From an uncultured Erysipelotrichaceae bacterium (lineage in GTDB: Bacteria > Bacillota_I > Bacilli_A > RF39 > UBA660), in assembly GCA_902793315.1 (NCBI GenBank), contig CADBCT010000002.1, positions 2,973-66,972 on the forward strand: a stretch of DNA of 64,000 nucleotides, in the 5' to 3' direction. Positions 58,845 to 64,000 of the stretch are shown one piece after another (the stretch's first letter is position 1; the number at the start of each line of letters is the position of its first letter). Position numbers and translations under genes: made by a program. The notes under the pieces were generated by a model. That model was not told the origin of the DNA. It did not search any database and saw nothing but the letters and a program-made list of their open reading frames with translations.

Positions 58845-59324
58845 TCACTCCTTTTCAATATCATTTAACAATTCATTAAATGGATTATTCTCTTTTTTTA
58901 GCTCTTCTTCACTAATTAATCTCCATCCATTCCCTTGAAATTTACTATAATCTACTTCCTTCGTAAACTGTAAGGGAATCTCTAGTACAATATTTTCCCA
59001 CAAAAAAGCTAAAATATCAAGCATATTTTCATTTTTTAAGCTGTTTTCATCAATAAAATCACTATATTCAATCGTAAATGGATAGGTAACAGTATCTAAA
59101 GTAATTGAATCAGGAATTAACATTTCTCCCTTAATAGTACATTCTATATAATCATTCAATTCATTATTTTCATTTTCTTTTCTAGTTATTTGACCAACTA
59201 CATCAATTGAACTTAATTCTCTAATATCGGTATTTTCATAATAATCTTTAGTAAGCTCATAACTATTATTAATATCTATTACTTCAACAGTATTACTATG
59301 TAATAAACTTAAATCTATATCCAT
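58845..59324 (-). CDS. yceD: YceD/DUF177 family protein (23S rRNA accumulation protein)
   Basis: 159 aa, acidic, immediately upstream of rpmF as in most bacteria. The C-terminus is LEIPLQF... Confidence 0.75.
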   Translation of the reverse strand: MDIDLSLLHSNTVEVIDINNSYELTKDYYENTDIRELSSIDVVGQITRKENENNELNDYIECTIKGEMLIPDSITLDTVTYPFTIEYSDFIDENSLKNENMLDILAFLWENIVLEIPLQFTKEVDYSKFQGNGWRLISEEELKKENNPFNELLNDIEKE

Positions 59325-59331
59325 AGAACAC

Positions 59332-59916
59332 CTACTTATTCATAGCAACCGATGTATTATTCTCAATTAATTGGATAATTCCATTATAATACATATCGCT
59401 ACCTACTGGTAACTTAGTATCTTGTTTAATCCAAATTCTAATTGAAATATTATCAGTATCCAAAGCTTCTATTTCTTTATCCAATAATATATTATCATTT
59501 TCAGTTAATTCATCTAAATTATATATTTCAGTTTCTTCCTTACTAACTTTTACTGAAATTCTAATATCTTCTTTAGGTATTAAAGATTCTTCTTCATATT
59601 CTTCGTTAGCTTCCTTATCATCTAATATCTTAATTTGATAATTAACATTTTCAGTTAAATTGTTTGTAACTGTTAATGTATAAGCTTTAGATGATAATCC
59701 TACAGAATCAGTTACAGGTGTAATTTTCTTAATAGTTAATTTATCTCCACTAGCTTCATGATAAGTAATATCTAAAGAAGCAGAATTAAAATCAATACTA
59801 CGATTTTTCTGAAACTTATTATATATATAGTAAGTAGATATTACAGCTAATAAAAGTATAAACGTAATATAAACAGTATTTTTAATTATTTCTTTTTTTC
59901 TATTATATGCGTACAT
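59332..59916 (-). CDS. Hypothetical membrane-anchored protein (beta-rich ectodomain)
   Basis: 194 aa with SD GAGAGGTG and one N-terminal TM (VYITFILLLAVISTYYIY). Confidence 0.5.
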   Translation of the reverse strand: MYAYNRKKEIIKNTVYITFILLLAVISTYYIYNKFQKNRSIDFNSASLDITYHEASGDKLTIKKITPVTDSVGLSSKAYTLTVTNNLTENVNYQIKILDDKEANEEYEEESLIPKEDIRISVKVSKEETEIYNLDELTENDNILLDKEIEALDTDNISIRIWIKQDTKLPVGSDMYYNGIIQLIENNTSVAMNK

Positions 59917-60001
59917 ACAGCACCTCTCAATGTAATATAATTATCTATCTTTTTTTATAAATATTAAATACATTTAAATCTTTTAAAACTATTTTTGACA
60001 A

Positions 60002-60907
60002 TTATTGACATAATTTTTTTAGCACTTCAACAGCACTTTCTAATGTATTGCATGTTGCGATAAAGCGCGAATTATGGCAAAATCTAAGTCCTTTAATACC
60101 AGAGACACTTTCTAATTCTTCATTAGTAAGTCCCGCCCATTCCTTAGGAAAAAGCACTCTGCCAGTTTTGTCATTAGTACTAGTAGGTATTGTCTTTATA
60201 GCATAACCTCCACGATTAGATGGATAAGCTACAAATTTAAGATTATTATATTTAGAATCACTTAATATAGTATCTTCATATGGCAAATATTCATCTAGTA
60301 TTAAATATGGATCATCTTCACTAATATCAGCTAATAACTCTCTTACTCGAAGATCTGCTCTAACCCTACCATTAACAAAGACTACATCTTCATAAAATAT
60401 TTGTTTAGCTACTTCAACAGCTTTAACAAATTGTTCACTTTCATCTTCATCAGATCCAAAACCAGGATTAAATAATTTAATAACATTACTCAATGTCTTA
60501 ACTTTGTAATTAGCTTCTATTTTAGGAAAGAAACCATTATCATCAGCATCAATTGCTTCTATTAAATCTTTATCAATGCCTTCAAACAATAAATCAATAT
60601 TTTCATAACCTTGTTTTTTTAAATAATCTTTTCCAAAAGCTTTCCATAATAAGCCTAATGAACAATATGTTATTCCATTATCTCTTTTTAAAGCATCCAT
60701 TTGATGATGATCAAAATCTCTTCTACCAATATCATAAACTAAAGTATTTTCTTCCACTTGATTCCAATCAACTTCTGATACCCTATAGACATTTAAATCT
60801 CCTTTATACAAACTTAGAAAAGCAGTTGAAAAGACCTCATCTGCATGCATATTACCACTATGTGTAATACAATCAGCTTCCTTATAGTTGTCAACTATTC
60901 TAATCAT
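60002..60907 (-). CDS. MYG1/UPF0160-family metal-dependent hydrolase
   Basis: The N-terminal ITHSGNMHADEVFSTAFL and later DHHQ are typical of MYG1. Confidence 0.8.
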   Translation of the reverse strand: MIRIVDNYKEADCITHSGNMHADEVFSTAFLSLYKGDLNVYRVSEVDWNQVEENTLVYDIGRRDFDHHQMDALKRDNGITYCSLGLLWKAFGKDYLKKQGYENIDLLFEGIDKDLIEAIDADDNGFFPKIEANYKVKTLSNVIKLFNPGFGSDEDESEQFVKAVEVAKQIFYEDVVFVNGRVRADLRVRELLADISEDDPYLILDEYLPYEDTILSDSKYNNLKFVAYPSNRGGYAIKTIPTSTNDKTGRVLFPKEWAGLTNEELESVSGIKGLRFCHNSRFIATCNTLESAVEVLKKLCQ

Positions 60908-60908
60908 C

Positions 60909-61574
60909 TTAATCCCTTCCTCTAGCTATTAAAACTAAACGTAATATTTGTAATACTGCTGTAGCAACTGCTGCTACATAAGTTAAAGCAGCTGCTGTTA
61001 ACATTTGACGACAATTTCTATGTTCATCAGCAGTAACTATTCCTAACTCAGTAATCTGTTTTAATGCACGCGAACTAGCATTAAATTCTACTGGTAAAGT
61101 TATTAATTGAAAGGCTAAAATAACAAATTCTAAAGCAATACCAATTCTCAGAAAATTTAAAATTCCCGCAATTAAACCAATCATAATAGCTACATAACCC
61201 AATGTTGAAGCTAAATTTACAAGTGGTACAATACTGCTTCTAAGTCTTAAGAAAAAATAATTATCCTTATCTTGAATAGCATGTCCACATTCATGAGATG
61301 CAACACTAACTGAAGCTAGAGATTTATTATTATAAATATCAGTTGAAAGTCTAACAATTTTATTTTTTGGATCATAGTGATCTGTTAAAACCCCTTCTTG
61401 TTCAACTACTTTGATATGCTTAAGACCATTTGCATCTAATATTTTTCTAGCTACTTCTTTACCACTAAGATGCTTACTAGCCATAATTGTTTTAGTACGA
61501 TTATAACTACTATTAATATAGCTTTGTGCTCCTAAAGTTATTAATAATGTAATTCCTAAAATAATCATTTCCAT
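60909..61574 (-). CDS. Membrane zinc metallopeptidase (YugP-like)
   Basis: HECGHAIQD with flanking TM helices. ATG at 61574 has SD GAGGTGA. Confidence 0.8.
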   Translation of the reverse strand: MEMIILGITLLITLGAQSYINSSYNRTKTIMASKHLSGKEVARKILDANGLKHIKVVEQEGVLTDHYDPKNKIVRLSTDIYNNKSLASVSVASHECGHAIQDKDNYFFLRLRSSIVPLVNLASTLGYVAIMIGLIAGILNFLRIGIALEFVILAFQLITLPVEFNASSRALKQITELGIVTADEHRNCRQMLTAAALTYVAAVATAVLQILRLVLIARGRD

Positions 61575-61611
61575 AATTATCACCTCTCATATAATTATAA
61601 CATAAATATAT

Positions 61612-63195
61612 TTAATTTTGATATTTCTTAATTAATTCTTCAGCTACCTTAATTCCATCAATAGCAGCAGTAGTAATACCTCCAGCATAACCAGCCCCTT
61701 CACCACAAGGATAAATTCCTAAGATATTACTTTCTAACTTTTCATTTCTTTTTATAATAATTGGCGAACTAGTTCTTGATTCTACCCCTAAGAAAACAGC
61801 ATCTTCTCTATCAAATCCTTTTATTTTTTTACCAAAATTAGACATTGCTTCTTTGATTGAATCATTAATTTCTTTAGAAAAAATATCATTTAAATTACTA
61901 AACATATAACTACCTTTAGTATTAGGTATTATTTCTCCTAATTTAGTAGTTTCTTTATTTTCAATATAATCCCTATATAACTGTATAGGAATAAAGCCTT
62001 TACCAATATTATAGGCTTTCTCTTCTAGTTCTCTTTGATATTCTACTCCAGCAAATAATTCTTCACCAAAATCTTTATTATTAATGGTAACTACTATGGC
62101 ACTATTAGAATTCTTCTCATCTCGTTTATAATTACTCATACCATTAACTACTAACCTATTCTTTTCACTAGAAGCATTAACTACAAAACCTCCTGGACAC
62201 ATGCAAAATGAATATACTCCTCTACCAGTACTAGCTTGATAAGTTAATTTATAACTAGCTGGTGGTAAGTATTTATAATTTTCTCCATATTGACTCTTAT
62301 TAATCATATCTTGAGGATGTTCTATTCTAAAGCCTACTGCGAATGGTTTGGACATCATTTCTAATTTATGTTTATTTAACATATAAAAAGTATCTCTTGC
62401 TGAATGACCTATAGCTAAAACTAAATTATTACACTTAATTTTATCTTTATTATTTAATTCTATTTCTACTAGTTTATTATCTTCAATAACTAAATCAGTA
62501 AGTTTAGTATTATATAAGAATTCTCCTCCCATAGATATTATTTTATTACGCATATTAATAATAACTTTTCTTAAAATATCAGTACCTATATGAGGTTTTT
62601 GTAAATACATTATTTCTTCTGGAGCTCCATTCTCTATAAATATTTCAAATACTTTCTTACCACGAAACATTTTATCTTTAACCAAAGTATTTAATTTTCC
62701 ATCTGAAAAAGTACCTGCTCCACCTTCACCAAATTGAACATTAGACAATTCATTTAATTCATTTGTCTCAAAGAACTTATTAACGGTTTTAATGCGCTCT
62801 TCCATTCTTTCACCTTGTTCAATAACAGTTACTTTATAACCCATCTCAGCAAGTAAATAAGCACAAAATAACCCACTTGGTCCACTACCTACTATAGTAA
62901 TATTATTAGTTAATTTTTCTTTTCCAGGCACTGGATAAATATATTCTTCATCAGGAGTTATAAATATATCTTTGCTATTATTCTTGTTAATAATTTTATC
63001 TTCTAATACTACTTCAACATCAAATTCATAGACATATAAAATATTAGTTTTATCACGAGCATCAATAGACTTTTTAACAATATTAAAACTAGTAATATCA
63101 TCTTTATTAATTTTTAAAATATTACTAATCTTTTTTATAATAAATTCCTTATTATCATTTCTAATAGGTATTTTTACTTGTCTAATCCTAATCAT
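61612..63195 (-). CDS. NAD(P)/FAD-dependent oxidoreductase (COG2509-type)
   Basis: N-terminal ferredoxin-like part, then the dinucleotide fold ITIVGSGPSGLFCAYLLAEMGYKVTVIEQG. ATG at 63195 has SD AGGTGA. Confidence 0.75.
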   Translation of the reverse strand: MIRIRQVKIPIRNDNKEFIIKKISNILKINKDDITSFNIVKKSIDARDKTNILYVYEFDVEVVLEDKIINKNNSKDIFITPDEEYIYPVPGKEKLTNNITIVGSGPSGLFCAYLLAEMGYKVTVIEQGERMEERIKTVNKFFETNELNELSNVQFGEGGAGTFSDGKLNTLVKDKMFRGKKVFEIFIENGAPEEIMYLQKPHIGTDILRKVIINMRNKIISMGGEFLYNTKLTDLVIEDNKLVEIELNNKDKIKCNNLVLAIGHSARDTFYMLNKHKLEMMSKPFAVGFRIEHPQDMINKSQYGENYKYLPPASYKLTYQASTGRGVYSFCMCPGGFVVNASSEKNRLVVNGMSNYKRDEKNSNSAIVVTINNKDFGEELFAGVEYQRELEEKAYNIGKGFIPIQLYRDYIENKETTKLGEIIPNTKGSYMFSNLNDIFSKEINDSIKEAMSNFGKKIKGFDREDAVFLGVESRTSSPIIIKRNEKLESNILGIYPCGEGAGYAGGITTAAIDGIKVAEELIKKYQN

Positions 63196-64000
63196 TAGAA
63201 TCACCTATATCTTTACCTGCAAGTAAACCACTAATCCAACAAGTAGTTAAATTATATCCACCACAATTACCATTCATATCTAATAATTCACCTGTAATAT
63301 ATAAATCTTTTACTATATTAGATTCCATAGTTTGATAATTAATTTCACTTAGAGGAACTCCTCCATTACATATTTGACTATTATCAAATGATTTAGTACC
63401 TGTAATTTCTATTTTTAAACTTCTTAAGTTTTTACATAATTCTAATTTTTCTTCATTAGTTAAATCTTTATAATAATTAGTTCCTTTTAAATTGCTTACT
63501 TTTAATATCATATTAACTAATTTATAATTTAAAAAACCTTCTAATAATTCAGTTAAATTTTTATTACTATTCTTTTTACTATATTGATCCATCCAAGGAG
63601 TTATTAATGTTTCTATAAAGGGAACTAAGTTAATTTTAATTACTTCACTTCTTCCCTCATCTAATCCTCTAGTAACATAATTACTTAAATTAAATGTACA
63701 TATACCACTAATACCATAATTAGTAAACTGTAGTTCACCTGACTCTGAATCAATATATTTATCATCTTCAAATAATTCCATATAGACATCTGTTCTTACA
63801 CCATCTATATCTTTTAAATATTTAAAGTTTGAAGTTAATTGAACTAAAGCAGGTAAAGGTTTAATAATACCATGTCCTAGTTTCTTTAATAAACTATATC
63901 CTAATCCATCACTACCTGTCTTAGGATAAGCTTTACTTCCCATAGAAATAACTAACTTATCACAAGTATATTCTTTATCAGTACATTTAATAATAAACTT
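63188..64000 (-). CDS. HI0933/BaiN-like FAD flavoprotein (3' part; N-terminus beyond the right edge)
   Basis: GSKAYPKTGSDGLGYSLLKKLGHGIIKPLPALVQL and the C-terminal ITGELLDMNGNCGGYNL are typical. The frame stays open from 63943 to 64000 (KFIIKCTDKEYTCDKLVIS). Confidence 0.75.
   Translation of the reverse strand, partial: KFIIKCTDKEYTCDKLVISMGSKAYPKTGSDGLGYSLLKKLGHGIIKPLPALVQLTSNFKYLKDIDGVRTDVYMELFEDDKYIDSESGELQFTNYGISGICTFNLSNYVTRGLDEGRSEVIKINLVPFIETLITPWMDQYSKKNSNKNLTELLEGFLNYKLVNMILKVSNLKGTNYYKDLTNEEKLELCKNLRSLKIEITGTKSFDNSQICNGGVPLSEINYQTMESNIVKDLYITGELLDMNGNCGGYNLTTCWISGLLAGKDIGDSND

Overview
AT-rich chromosomal segment (GC in the high 20s to about 30% by eye) from a low-GC Bacillota-type bacterium. 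The phylum call rests on AGGTGA-type Shine-Dalgarno sites, rplU-prp-rpmA, addAB, HelD and RecD2; the exact lineage is inference. There are about 62 protein genes. All but five lie on the minus strand, tightly packed and separated by clear hairpin/T-run terminators. I found no rRNA, tRNA, CRISPR array, transposase or integrase.

Most of the content is housekeeping:
- map, recD2, mtaB, helD, a phosphohexomutase, a ZIP transporter and a CBS-type family II pyrophosphatase
- a dnaB/dnaD-like replication gene, tgt-queA, ruvBA, an acyl-CoA ligase, yebC and obg
- rplU-prp-rpmA, addBA, yceD-rpmF, a MYG1-like hydrolase and two FAD oxidoreductases

Things worth a second look:
1. A stand-alone giant modular type IV pilin gene (55324..58549) has its own promoter and terminator. 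It is split by a perfect 34-bp tandem duplication. Removing one copy restores a single 1,063-aa ORF that ends in an extraordinarily Cys-rich tail with an internal CSKxCCGxxxCxDGGCCG repeat.
2. Ribosomal protein L32 carries an N-terminal extension (MMKLDIQMF|AVPFRK) that nearly copies the Prp-cleaved L27 propeptide in the same window ([11 protein letters not shown]|AHHKG).
3. rpmA itself is frame-disrupted between the propeptide and the body.
4. A promoter, a 31-aa Cys-containing leader ORF and a three-segment attenuator lie in front of an ABC exporter at the left edge.
5. An orphan pilC-pilD pair has no adjacent ATPase.
6. A catalytically degenerate iPGM-like protein is present.
7. An orphan HPt-REC fusion is present.
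8. A separately transcribed two-gene module of unknown function follows addA.

All functional calls come from reading the translated ORFs and motifs by eye. No database search was run.
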